From assembly GCA_965211645.1 (NCBI GenBank), contig OZ242947.1:2459864-2523863 (forward strand): 64,000 nt of DNA, read 5' to 3'. The stretch comes from Longimicrobiales bacterium. Lineage in GTDB: Bacteria > Gemmatimonadota > Gemmatimonadetes > Longimicrobiales > Gaopeijiaceae. Shown here one piece after another: positions 27,915-37,429 of this stretch. A program made the position numbers and the translations under genes. Numbering within the stretch: position 1 is the first letter of the stretch; each line of letters opens with the position of its first letter. The notes beneath the pieces are model-generated. The model had not been told where the DNA came from. It saw only the letters and a list, made by a program, of their open reading frames with translations, and made no database searches.

Positions 27915-29732
27915 GTGAAGACCGCCCTGCTCACCGGAGCCCTGCTCCTCACCGCCAACGCGACCGCCGCAACAGCTCAGCAGCGCCCGGAGCGCGACCC
28001 GAACAGCATGGGCGGCGGCGACTGCGCGGCCAACGTCTACAACTGCGCGGACACGCCCAACCCGCTTCCCGCGCCGAACACGGTCTGGATCGAGGAGATG
28101 ACTTGGATGGATGTCCGCGACGCGCTCGCCGACGGCAAGACCACGGCCATCATCCCCACCGGCGGCGTCGAGCCCAACGGACCCTGGCTCGCGACGGGCA
28201 AGCACAACTTCGTCCTGCGCGCCAACTGCGACGCCATCGCCCGCGAGCTGGGCGACGCGCTCTGCGCTCCGATCATCAAGCTGGTGCCCGAGGGCAACAT
28301 CGACCCCCCCAGCGGGCACATGACCAGCCCCGGCACCCTCAGCCTGCGACAGGAGACCTTCGAGGCGCTGCTGACCGATGTCGCTCACAGCCTCAAGATG
28401 CACGGATTCCGCAACATCATCTTCATCGGCGACAGCGGCGGGAATCAGGGCGGCCAGCGCGCCGTGGCGGAGAGGCTGAACGAACAGTTCGCGGGCGCGG
28501 CCATCGTCGCCCATGTGCAGGAGTACTACGACTACAACTCCGTCACCCGCTACATGGCATTCCGTGGCCTCGAGGCGGGCGAGAACGAGGGCATGCACGA
28601 CGACCCGATCATCGCCCTCAACATGTTCTACGACGACCCCTTCTCGGTGCGGTTCGACGAGCGGGTCGCGGCGGGCAAGGCGACCATCAACGGCGTGTCG
28701 CTCGAGAACCGGGTCCAGTCGCTGGAGTGGGCGCGCGAGATCGTGGACTTCCGGGCCGAGCACACAGCCGATGCGATCCGCGCCGCCATCGCGAATCGCG
28801 GCACGCTGCCGGCTCCCGACCGATCCGCGCAATTCGCGGCCATGCGGCGCGCAGCCGGAGGGCAGGCGCAGCGTCCGGGCGGCGGGCCCGGCGGTCGCCA
28901 ACGCCCCGCTCCCGACCCCCGCTCGATGGGCGGCGGCGACTGCAGCGCCAACATCTACAACTGCGCCGACACGCCCAACCCGCTGCCCCCGGTCGAGACC
29001 ATCTGGATCGAGGAGATGACCTGGATGGACGTTCGCGACGCGCTCGCAGGCGGCAAGACCACGGCCATCGTCTCCACCGGCGGCGTCGAGCCCAACGGTC
29101 CCTGGCTGGTCACCGGCAAGCACAACTACGTGCTGCGCGCCAACTGCGCCGCCATCGCACGCAAACTCGGCAACGCCCTGTGCGCGCCCGTAATCGAGAC
29201 CGTTCCCGAAGGCAACATCGATCCGCCCAGCGGCCACATGACCAGCCCGGGCACGATCAGCCTGCGCCAGGAGACCTTCGAGGCCGTGCTCACCGACGTC
29301 GCTCAAAGCCTGAAGATGCACGGCTTCGAGAACATCGTGTTCATCGGCGACAGCGGCGGGAATCAGCGCGGCATGGACAACGTGGCCACCGCGCTGACCG
29401 ATGCCTGGGGCGGCGATGCGGCCGTCCACTTCATCGCGGAGTACTACCGCGCCCCGCCGGGCAGCCCGAATGTCCTGCGCGACCTCGGCGTCGTCACCGA
29501 CGACATGACCAGCGACGGACTCCACGACAACCCGACCATCACGCTGAACATGATGCTCGACGATCCGGCCTCGGTGCGCTGGGCGGCGCGGGTGAAGGCC
29601 GGCCAGGCGGTCATCGACGGGTTCTCCATCGCCGATCTGGGCAAGTCGCTGGAACTCGGGCGCCGGATTTCGGATGCGCGGGCCGACCGCACTGCGCGGC
29701 TTATCGAGGAGAGGATCGCGGGACGGGACTAA
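27915..29732 (+). CDS. secreted protein made of two tandem creatininase-fold domains
   Basis: GGAGGA sits 6 nt before GTG 27915. Signal peptide KTALLTGALLLTANATAATAQ. The block MGGGDC.AN.YNCADTPNPLP...IEEMTWMDVRDAL..GKTTAI..TGGVEPNGPWL.TGKHN...FIGDSGGNQ occurs twice. Confidence 0.7.
   Translation: MKTALLTGALLLTANATAATAQQRPERDPNSMGGGDCAANVYNCADTPNPLPAPNTVWIEEMTWMDVRDALADGKTTAIIPTGGVEPNGPWLATGKHNFVLRANCDAIARELGDALCAPIIKLVPEGNIDPPSGHMTSPGTLSLRQETFEALLTDVAHSLKMHGFRNIIFIGDSGGNQGGQRAVAERLNEQFAGAAIVAHVQEYYDYNSVTRYMAFRGLEAGENEGMHDDPIIALNMFYDDPFSVRFDERVAAGKATINGVSLENRVQSLEWAREIVDFRAEHTADAIRAAIANRGTLPAPDRSAQFAAMRRAAGGQAQRPGGGPGGRQRPAPDPRSMGGGDCSANIYNCADTPNPLPPVETIWIEEMTWMDVRDALAGGKTTAIVSTGGVEPNGPWLVTGKHNYVLRANCAAIARKLGNALCAPVIETVPEGNIDPPSGHMTSPGTISLRQETFEAVLTDVAQSLKMHGFENIVFIGDSGGNQRGMDNVATALTDAWGGDAAVHFIAEYYRAPPGSPNVLRDLGVVTDDMTSDGLHDNPTITLNMMLDDPASVRWAARVKAGQAVIDGFSIADLGKSLELGRRISDARADRTARLIEERIAGRD
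27990..29732 (+). repeat. intragenic tandem duplication, period 918 nt (306 codons)
   Basis: ATGGGCGGCGGCGACTGC at 28008 recurs at 28926. About 450 nt after each anchor are highly similar at nucleotide level. The distal halves are more diverged. Confidence 0.8.
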
Positions 29733-29738
29733 GGCAGG

Positions 29739-30914
29739 TCACTCACCGCCACGGTACCGCCTGTTTGGCAGGATGGAATCGTCAGGCGGCAGCCCCCTGG
29801 TCCCGCAAACCGTGTACTCCCTCCCCCCGCGTCGGATACGGTAGGTCTGCTTCGTCACCGGGACGACGATGTAGTCCCGCCCGACCGGATACCGCCGCCG
29901 GAACGCAGCGGTAGCGCGGGGCTGAATCTCGCCCGGATCGATCTTGCACTCGAAGGTGTCGAGGCGCTCAGCTCCGCGCCGGATCACGAAGTCGACTTCC
30001 CGGCCGTTCTTGTCGCGCCAGTAGAAGATGTTCTCGTCCAGGTGCCGGAAGCGGAGGGAATCCAGCACCAGATGCTCCCAGAGCAGACCCCGGTCTTCTT
30101 CCCTTATCCGTTCCCAGCCCTTCTCGAAGGTGACAAAGCCCGTATCGAAGGCATAACACTTGGGCCGACTCACGATTTCACCGGTGCCGCCACCCCGGAA
30201 GGGCCGCAGGAGATGGATGGCGTGGGCAATTTCGAGAGCCTCGGCATATGACTTGACGGTGGGGCGACTCAACTCGGTCAGGCGAGAAAGACGACTGTAG
30301 TCGATCTGTCCTCCACTCCATCTCAACAGAAGACGGAAGAGGGAGAGGAAACCCTGGCGGTTGCGGACGCTGAACAGTTCAAGGATGTCACGAGCGTAGA
30401 AACTGTCGATCCATTCCGCGAACGCCTCCGGGGACCTGGTTTCCGCCAACAGCGACTCCGGAAGTCCGCCGTGGAGCAACCGGCGGTCGAAATCCGGCAG
30501 CCCGAACGCTTCGCCGCATTCCTCCCACAACACCGGACACAGGTAGATGGCCCCCTTCCGCCCGGTCAGCGAGTCGCGGAACTTCCCCGTGGCCGCCAGC
30601 GTGGACGATCCCGTGGCCAGGATCTTGAGATGCGGGTACTCGTCTGCGGCGATCTTGAGGAGGAGGCTGGGATCGGACAGCCGATGGACCTCGTCGAATG
30701 CCAGCACCGATCCCGTCTTCTGACCGCTGAGAAAGAACTCCGGATCTTCGACGGCGCGGGCTGTCGAAGGCAGGTCGCAGTTGTGATAGACGGCCTCGGG
30801 CACCATTTGTGCCAGTGTCGTCTTCCCCACCCTGCGGACGCCGGAGAGCCACGCAATGGGCCTCTCGGACCATGTGCGCCGGATTCTGTCGAGCCATCTG
30901 GGACGCCTGATCAT
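29739..30914 (-). CDS. AAA+ ATPase with DUF4143-type C-terminal domain (COG1373-like)
   Basis: Walker A GVRRVGKTT, Walker B LAFDEVHRL. C-terminal restriction-endonuclease-like region EVDFVI. An AT-rich putative promoter lies at 30915..30960. Confidence 0.7.
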   Translation of the reverse strand: MIRRPRWLDRIRRTWSERPIAWLSGVRRVGKTTLAQMVPEAVYHNCDLPSTARAVEDPEFFLSGQKTGSVLAFDEVHRLSDPSLLLKIAADEYPHLKILATGSSTLAATGKFRDSLTGRKGAIYLCPVLWEECGEAFGLPDFDRRLLHGGLPESLLAETRSPEAFAEWIDSFYARDILELFSVRNRQGFLSLFRLLLRWSGGQIDYSRLSRLTELSRPTVKSYAEALEIAHAIHLLRPFRGGGTGEIVSRPKCYAFDTGFVTFEKGWERIREEDRGLLWEHLVLDSLRFRHLDENIFYWRDKNGREVDFVIRRGAERLDTFECKIDPGEIQPRATAAFRRRYPVGRDYIVVPVTKQTYRIRRGGREYTVCGTRGLPPDDSILPNRRYRGGE

Positions 30915-31021
30915 AAATATAATTTACATATGGTATGACCAAATGGCAATTACACCTTCGTCCAGGCGTTTCAGCTGAAACGCCGCCGTGCGCGGAGAGA
31001 CGCAGAAGGGCCCGCCCTCGC

Positions 31022-31927
31022 CTACCGCCCCATGCTCTCCCGAATCGCCCGCACCGTAATCTCCGTGCGGTACGCGATCAGCGCCCGGCCGATCTCCAGC
31101 GTCCGCCCCACCGGCCCCAGCTCCACCTTGTTGATCGAATAGAGCCCCGCCTCGATCCGCTGGCGCGCGCGGATGTGCCCGGGATCGACGGTCGCAACGA
31201 TCGCCGAGTAGTGCACGTCGTCGTGGTAGATGTCCCGCGTCGCGGTACAGATGTCCGGCTGCTGGAAGATCCCCAGCTCTTCCTTCAGGAACTCGCAGCT
31301 CCAGATGTCCTCGCGGTAGTACTCCGCGATGTAGTGAGCCCGCGCCTCGCCGCCCCAGTACTCGTTGAGCCTGTCCGCGGTCTCGGACATCCCGTTCTGG
31401 TTGCCGCCGCTGTCGCCGATGAAGACGACGTCGGTGAACCCCTGGCTCTTCAGGCTGTTGGCCACGTCCTCGAGCATCATGCGGAAGGTCTCCTGGCGGA
31501 CGCTGAGGGTGCCGGGATAGCGGATGTTCTCGGGATCGCCCTCAGGCACGTACTTCATCACCGGCGCGCACAGCGCGTTGCCCAGCTCCCGCGCGATCGC
31601 GTCGCACATCGCCTCGAGGACGTAGTTGTGCTTGCCGCCGGCCATGTACGGCCCGTTCTGCTCGACCCCGCCGGTCGCGATGATCGCGGTCGTCCTGCCC
31701 GCCGCGATCTCGTCGCGCATCTCCATCCAGGTCAGCTCGTCGATCCAGATCGAGTTGATGCCGTCGATGGGGCGGGGGGCGGTCATCATCGCCTCCTGGC
31801 GCGCCTGCAATTCGGCACGCTGCTCCGCCGTGAGGTTGCGGCGGTCCTGGGCTTGTGCCGGGAAGACGACGAGCGCCGACAACACGAGCGCTTCCAGCAG
31901 CCATTTCGCCGCCCTCATCCCCCTCAT
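31022..31927 (-). CDS. secreted single-domain creatininase-fold protein (paralog of 27915..29732)
   Basis: Signal peptide LLEALVLSALVVFPAQAQ. IDELTWMEMRDEIAAGRTTAIIATGGVEQNGPYMAGGKHN...FIGDSGGNQ. ATGA overlap with the upstream SDR gene. Confidence 0.7.
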   Translation of the reverse strand: MRGMRAAKWLLEALVLSALVVFPAQAQDRRNLTAEQRAELQARQEAMMTAPRPIDGINSIWIDELTWMEMRDEIAAGRTTAIIATGGVEQNGPYMAGGKHNYVLEAMCDAIARELGNALCAPVMKYVPEGDPENIRYPGTLSVRQETFRMMLEDVANSLKSQGFTDVVFIGDSGGNQNGMSETADRLNEYWGGEARAHYIAEYYREDIWSCEFLKEELGIFQQPDICTATRDIYHDDVHYSAIVATVDPGHIRARQRIEAGLYSINKVELGPVGRTLEIGRALIAYRTEITVRAIRESMGR

Positions 31928-32907
31928 CTCCCCTGCCCGTCGAAACGAACCCCCGTCAGCTCCTCGCTCAGCTCCCTCAGCCGGGCCCGCGCATCGGGAT
32001 CATAGGCCTGATCGTTGGCGCGGCGCGGCGTGAGCCCGCTGAAGTACTGCCCGCTCTCGAAGTCGTCGGAGTCGACCACCTGCATCGTCGCGTCGGCGCC
32101 CTCGGCGATCGTCGAACGCGGCGTCGCCCCCGCCCGCCGGACCATCTCCGTCGGCATGAACGTCGCCGGATGCAGCGAGCCGACCACGACGCCGGTCCCC
32201 TCCAGCTGCTCCGCCAGGTCGTGCGTGAACATGATCTGCGCCAGCTTGCTCTGCGCGTACGCCCGCCGCCCGCTGAAATTGTTCTCGATCATCACGTCGT
32301 CGAAGTCGATCGGCGTCTGCGCACCCGACGACACGTTCACGATCCGCGCCGGCGCGCTCGCCAGCACCCGCGGCATCAGCATGTGCGTGAGCAGAAAGGT
32401 CGACAGGTAGTTCACCTGGAAGCGGTACTCGTGCCCGTCCTCGGTCACCCACCGCTCGTCGGGCGCCGACCCGAACCCCGCGTTGTTGATCAGGATGTCC
32501 AGCCGCTCGTAGTCCGCCAGCAGCGTCTCGGCGAACGCGCGCACCTCGGCGAGCGACGCGAAATCGGCCCGGTAGAAGCGCGCGCTCCCGGGACCCGCCG
32601 CGTTGATGGCGTCGACCACCTCGGCGCCCCGCTCCTCGTTTCGTCCGTGCACAATTACATGGTCACCCCGCGCGCCCAGCCGGATCGCGAGTTCGCGGCC
32701 GAGCCCCGAGGTGGCGCCGGTGACGAGGGCGACCTGCTGTCCGGGGGCGGGCGTCGCCTGGGCCAGGATCTCGGTGCCGGGGCTGAGTGAGGAGGAGATG
32801 AGGGCGGCGACTGCGGCCGCGGCGGCCCAGCGTGCCCGCGGCTTCAGGCGAGCCGTCGACCGGGCAGCCTGCGTGAAGATGCGCTTCTCGAATGCGGTTG
32901 TGTTCAT
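31924..32907 (-). CDS. exported short-chain dehydrogenase/reductase (SDR)
   Basis: Start at MNTTAFEK. ALVTGATSGLGRE cofactor motif, NNAG, YAQSKLA catalytic motif. Confidence 0.8.
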   Translation of the reverse strand: MNTTAFEKRIFTQAARSTARLKPRARWAAAAAVAALISSSLSPGTEILAQATPAPGQQVALVTGATSGLGRELAIRLGARGDHVIVHGRNEERGAEVVDAINAAGPGSARFYRADFASLAEVRAFAETLLADYERLDILINNAGFGSAPDERWVTEDGHEYRFQVNYLSTFLLTHMLMPRVLASAPARIVNVSSGAQTPIDFDDVMIENNFSGRRAYAQSKLAQIMFTHDLAEQLEGTGVVVGSLHPATFMPTEMVRRAGATPRSTIAEGADATMQVVDSDDFESGQYFSGLTPRRANDQAYDPDARARLRELSEELTGVRFDGQGR

Positions 32908-33078
32908 GGTGCCAACTTCCGTTTGGGGTTCGGTGGGTGGGTTGTGGCAAGTTACGGGCACGACCCTCCCGGGGCGAAGGCCACGGGCGGCCGGAACGCG
33001 GATGTCGCGGATCGCTTGACCGCGTTGGAGGCCTGCTGTATGATATCATTGCCTTCACTACAACGACAGCATCACGAC

Positions 33079-33315
33079 ATGGCTCAACTCATCGTCCGCA
33101 AGCTTTCCCGTCCGATTGTCGACAGACTCAGGCAGCGCGCGGCCGCCAACGGCAGGTCCGCCGAAGCCGAACACCGCGAGATCCTGCGCAAGACCCTGCT
33201 CCCGGCCGAGGGTACATTCGCCGAGCGTGCCCGGGCGATGCGGCAGAGACTCGCATCGTGCATCGACAGCACCGACACCATTCGCGCCGACCGGGACCGG
33301 GATTCGCTGCCGTGA
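33079..33315 (+). CDS. VapB/FitA-like (Arc/RHH-type) antitoxin
   Basis: MAQLIVRKLSRPIVDRLRQRAAANGRSAEAEHREILR. GTGA overlap with the PIN gene. Confidence 0.7.
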   Translation: MAQLIVRKLSRPIVDRLRQRAAANGRSAEAEHREILRKTLLPAEGTFAERARAMRQRLASCIDSTDTIRADRDRDSLP

Positions 33316-33758
33316 AGGGCTACGTCGTCGATGCCAGCGTGGCCGTGAAGTGGCTGGTCGCCGAACCCCTGTCAGAGGAGTCCGCGGCACTGCTCGATTC
33401 GGACGTTACGCTTCTGGCGCCCGACCTGCTCTTTGCCGAGGCAACCAGCGCGCTTGCCGCCAAGCACCGGCACGGCGAACTGGACCATGACGAGTTGGCC
33501 GACGCGGTCGACCTCCTGCGTATCGCCCCCGTGAGCACACCCCTTTCCATGCGCCGCCTCGCCGCTTCCAGCGCACGCCTTGCGCGAGATCTGGAGCACC
33601 CGGTGTACGACTGCTTCTACCTCGCGCTGGCCATCCACGAGAACTATCCGGTCGTGACGGCCGACACGCGCTTCCACGACAAGGTGCGCCGACACCCCTA
33701 TCTGGCCGACCGGGTGGTCCACGTCGCCGAAATCGCCGGCCGGGATTCCGCCGGCTGA
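33312..33758 (+). CDS. vapC: PIN-domain toxin VapC
   Basis: GTG start. YVVDASVAVKWL, YDCFYLALA, VTAD motifs. Confidence 0.8.
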   Translation: MKGYVVDASVAVKWLVAEPLSEESAALLDSDVTLLAPDLLFAEATSALAAKHRHGELDHDELADAVDLLRIAPVSTPLSMRRLAASSARLARDLEHPVYDCFYLALAIHENYPVVTADTRFHDKVRRHPYLADRVVHVAEIAGRDSAG

Positions 33759-33787
33759 GCCCGCCGGGCACCCGTCCCACGGACACC

Positions 33788-34381
33788 TCAACTCCCCGGC
33801 AGGTACTTCGCCGGAATCGGATGGTCCTCGCTCTCCTGCAGCCAGTAGATCGACACGATCCACCAGCGCGAGCCGTCCCAGAGCAGCTGGAACGAGTTGA
33901 TGCCGCGCGCGAACGGCTCCGGATCGCTCGCGAGCCGCCGCGACTCGTAGGTGCTGAAGGCGTGCGCGATCACCCCGTACTGCTCGGTCACGCGATGGAT
34001 CTCGACCTCGTGAAACCCGTTCTGCTCCAGGTAGCTGCCCGAGGTCTCGGCGTACTGGTCGGGCGTGATCGCGCGCCGCACGTACGTGGCGCCGTCGGGC
34101 CGGCCGACCGGGCTGAGCGTGGCCCCGGGCGCAAAGAGCGAGCGGAACCGGTCCCAGTCGCGCGCCTCGCCGGCGTCGCCCGAAATGACGTCGTAGACGG
34201 CGATCATGATGGCGTCGATCGACTCCACATCGGCGGGGTCGGCGGCCGGGGCGTCGGTCTGTTGGGCTGAGGAGGGCGTCGGCACCGTCGCGGCGGCCAG
34301 GGCGATGAGGAGGGCGAGCGCGGTGGCGAGGGGAAGGGTGGAGGTGGGGGCAGTGCGCCGCGGGGAGGATGTCGAAGTCAT
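33788..34381 (-). CDS. secreted NTF2-like (SnoaL/DUF4440-type) protein
   Basis: Start at MTSTSSPRR with a signal sequence. Size and W-rich C-terminus (LLWDGSRWWIVSIYW) fit the NTF2-like fold. Confidence 0.5.
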   Translation of the reverse strand: MTSTSSPRRTAPTSTLPLATALALLIALAAATVPTPSSAQQTDAPAADPADVESIDAIMIAVYDVISGDAGEARDWDRFRSLFAPGATLSPVGRPDGATYVRRAITPDQYAETSGSYLEQNGFHEVEIHRVTEQYGVIAHAFSTYESRRLASDPEPFARGINSFQLLWDGSRWWIVSIYWLQESEDHPIPAKYLPGS

Positions 34382-34474
34382 GTCAGGTTGGCTCGGTGGG
34401 TGGGGGGCGATTGGCAATGGCGAGCGGTACAAGATACGGGCCCTGTCGCCTGGCGGCACCGGCAGCGGCTGACG

Positions 34475-35764
34475 TCAGCCCCGGCCCTCCGGCGCGCGCG
34501 AACGGCGCAGCAGAGTCCCGGGGTCCGGCCCCGGTTCCCCCGCGGCCCGCGGCAGCGTGTCCGGCCTGATGTCCTCCGCCGACGCCGAGCGCGGCAGCGA
34601 GGCCCGCGCTTCGAGCTTGCCGATCGCGGCCGACACGGCCTGGCCGGTGGGATTGTGCTCGCCGATTCTCCTCAGGACCCTGCGGAGGCGGGGCAGCGCT
34701 TCAACGGCGTGGAACTCCGCGAGCGCACCGGCAGCGTGCGTGCCTTCACGCCAGTTCACCGCGCTGACGAGCGCATCGATGATCTCCGACCTGTATGGGC
34801 CGTCGTAACTCTGGAAGCGCCTGAAATCGCCGCCGAATGCCGCGAGCATCATGTCGGCCAGCCGTGCATGGCCCATCAGCCTGAGCGCCTCGGCGACCCG
34901 TTCGCGGATGGACCGCCCGTCGGCGGCCCTGGTGTCGCCGAGCCGGCGCACGAGGGGACCGACCGCGTCCTGGTAACCGATCCCGGTGAGGGCCTCGATC
35001 GCCCTCGCGACGAGCACGGTATCCCTGTCCCCCAGCACCGCCACAAGGGCCGGAACGGCAAGGGGGTCCGCCAGCCGCCCGAGCGCGGCCGCCGCGTCGC
35101 GTCGCGGCCCGTCACCCTCCCACAGCACGTACTTGTCCTTGATCTGGCCCCCGGGCGCGCGCAGCCGCCGGATGTGGATCCTCACATCGTCCTCGTACGC
35201 CTTCCCCTCATGGCACACCTGCTGCAGGACTTCGGCGAAGAGTTCGAACAGCGTTCGGAGCTGGGCAAGATCCTTGAGCTGGCCGGCCTTCTGGAAGTGG
35301 AGCGCGTCCATGCCGGCGGGGTACTTGCTCAGCCATCCCTCGTGCCCCTTGACGGACAGGTGGATCTTGGGAAGCGCATCGATCAGGCGACGAATCTCTT
35401 CGTTGTCGAAGAGCCGCCGTATGCGCCGCGGTGCATTGCCCTTGATTACGAAGTCCCGGTCGAAACGACGATGGCCCACCTCGATGTCCTGCATGCCCAG
35501 CGCAACCGCGACATCGCTGAAGATGCCCGCCCGGTAGATCTCGAACCTGAAGCCTTCGGGATTGAAATACGGCGCGCGCAGCCGCGTGTAGCTGGCGTTG
35601 TTGGTCGTAAGCGTGTCGAGGGTGATGATCCAGTCGTCGGTGCGGGCCTGGACGGCGGACGAGGTGAAGAGGCCTCCGTCGTGGAACTGCCCGCCGACCT
35701 CCTTGGACAGCTGCCGCCAGATCTCCTCCCGGCTCGGCCCGAAGAGAGCTTTCAGCACGCTCAT
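34475..35764 (-). CDS. HEAT-repeat protein with an uncharacterised N-terminal domain
   Basis: 429 aa. The C-terminal half carries repeated AA.ALGRL.DP.AVPALV..L.D-type HEAT/PBS units. It follows the Hsp70-like gene by 50 nt. Confidence 0.65.
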   Translation of the reverse strand: MSVLKALFGPSREEIWRQLSKEVGGQFHDGGLFTSSAVQARTDDWIITLDTLTTNNASYTRLRAPYFNPEGFRFEIYRAGIFSDVAVALGMQDIEVGHRRFDRDFVIKGNAPRRIRRLFDNEEIRRLIDALPKIHLSVKGHEGWLSKYPAGMDALHFQKAGQLKDLAQLRTLFELFAEVLQQVCHEGKAYEDDVRIHIRRLRAPGGQIKDKYVLWEGDGPRRDAAAALGRLADPLAVPALVAVLGDRDTVLVARAIEALTGIGYQDAVGPLVRRLGDTRAADGRSIRERVAEALRLMGHARLADMMLAAFGGDFRRFQSYDGPYRSEIIDALVSAVNWREGTHAAGALAEFHAVEALPRLRRVLRRIGEHNPTGQAVSAAIGKLEARASLPRSASAEDIRPDTLPRAAGEPGPDPGTLLRRSRAPEGRG

Positions 35765-35814
35765 TCGATCGATTCCCCGATGCTGGTCACGGCATTCATT
35801 GGATCATTCAATAA

Positions 35815-37407
35815 CTATCGCAATCGCACGACCGGGTGCCCGACCTTCAGATCGGCCTTCCGGTGCAGATCATGTACGGTTACGCAAAGCCAGCGGTTCT
35901 CGTCAACCGAGTAGGTGACGCGCAGGCGAGGCGCCGCGCCGCTGCCGGGCGGACTGAGCGGCAGGGCCGGGTCCGCCTCGTTCAGGCACAGGCAGAACGC
36001 GCGCTCGCCCGCGGTCGTCGGCACGAAGAAGCGGGAGCCGCCGGGCCTTTCGTTCCAGTCGACGGGGCGGCCGGCCACGCGCCCGACCTCGCAGATGAAG
36101 AGGTTGATGTGCTGCTGGCCGTCGAAGCCGGGGGCGTAGTAGCGCGTCACGAAGTTGTTGACGGTGGGGAAGCGCGTGCCGCCGGGGATGAGGAGCTCGT
36201 ACTCGGCGTCGCGGCCGTCGTCGGGCAGGAGCCGGAGCGCGTAGTCGTGATAGATGAAGTCCTCGACGTGCGCACCGCCCGCGAAGATGCACGCGCCTCG
36301 CGCGACGGCCTCGAAGGGCAGCCATTCGCGCACCTTGTCGCGGCCCAGCACGTCGCCCACCACGTTGCGCACTTCCGGGAGAAGGGTGGACCCGCCCTCG
36401 AGGATCACGTCGTCGATGTCGTCGGCGGGCATGCCGTGCCGGGTGCGCAGCTCGGTCAGGAGGGCGTCCAGGAGTTCCCGCATCCGCGCGTACAGGCCGT
36501 TTGCGGCGAGGGTGTCGCGCAGCACTTCGTAGTCGAGCGTCCCGAAGGACTCGTTGCGGAAGGTGAAGTCGCCCTCGCTCCCGGCGCTCGCGAGCAGCTT
36601 TACACGCTCGGCCTCCCACCGGAGCGCGACTTCCCACTCGGGCCAGTCGTGCAGCGCCCTGGGGACGAACCGCTCCAGAATCCAGCGGTCGACGTCGTCG
36701 CCGCCGAGCTCCACGGCCTGCTTCGCCAGCACCTCGGCCTGGCCGGTCTCGACCGTGCGGGCACCGTAGGTCCTCACCACGGCCGCTTCCATCGATCCGC
36801 CGCCGAAGTCGAAGGCCACGAGCGTGGTGGGGCGGCCGACATCCACGCCGTAGCCGAGCGCGGCCGCGACCGGCTCGTCGAGGGTGCGGAAGGCGATCCC
36901 GGCCGGCTTCCCCCGCAGCCGGGCCCATATGCGCTCCCACCAGCCGCGCCGCTTCACGCGCCGGACGATCGACTGCAGTTCGGCCCGGTACGTCTCGTAG
37001 AACCCGCTCGGCGTGGCGACGGTGACGTTCGTCACTTCGTCGCCGAATCGCGCCTCGAGGGTGCGGATGACCTCGCGCAGGAAGAGGGATGCGACATCCT
37101 GCGCGGAAAAACTCCTCCCGCCCACCCGCGCCATGGTCCGGGCGCTTTCGGTGCCGAGGTAGCGCTTGAACCCGCGCGCGAATCCCGCCGCCCGCCCGTC
37201 CCAGTTGTAGGTGACCGCCTGCTGCCCGATCAGGACATCGTCGCCGCTCTCGTCCATGACGCACACGCACGTCGGCACGACCGGCGTCTGCGTCAAGGGT
37301 TCGATCTTCGCCAGATCCGGCAGGTTGACGACGTGCGGCCGCCCGGACCGGTCTTCGCAGATGGTCGTGTTGGAGGTGCCGAGGTCGATTGCCCAATGGG
37401 TTGGCAT
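35815..37407 (-). CDS. atypical Hsp70-family (actin-like ATPase) protein
   Basis: Start at MPTHWAIDLGTSNT (phosphate-1 motif). DEPVAAALGYG, AFDFGGGS and ILEGGSTLLP motifs. Divergent C-terminal region. 530 aa. Confidence 0.75.
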   Translation of the reverse strand: MPTHWAIDLGTSNTTICEDRSGRPHVVNLPDLAKIEPLTQTPVVPTCVCVMDESGDDVLIGQQAVTYNWDGRAAGFARGFKRYLGTESARTMARVGGRSFSAQDVASLFLREVIRTLEARFGDEVTNVTVATPSGFYETYRAELQSIVRRVKRRGWWERIWARLRGKPAGIAFRTLDEPVAAALGYGVDVGRPTTLVAFDFGGGSMEAAVVRTYGARTVETGQAEVLAKQAVELGGDDVDRWILERFVPRALHDWPEWEVALRWEAERVKLLASAGSEGDFTFRNESFGTLDYEVLRDTLAANGLYARMRELLDALLTELRTRHGMPADDIDDVILEGGSTLLPEVRNVVGDVLGRDKVREWLPFEAVARGACIFAGGAHVEDFIYHDYALRLLPDDGRDAEYELLIPGGTRFPTVNNFVTRYYAPGFDGQQHINLFICEVGRVAGRPVDWNERPGGSRFFVPTTAGERAFCLCLNEADPALPLSPPGSGAAPRLRVTYSVDENRWLCVTVHDLHRKADLKVGHPVVRLR

Positions 37408-37429
37408 GGGAGCCGGTCCTCGACGGCGG

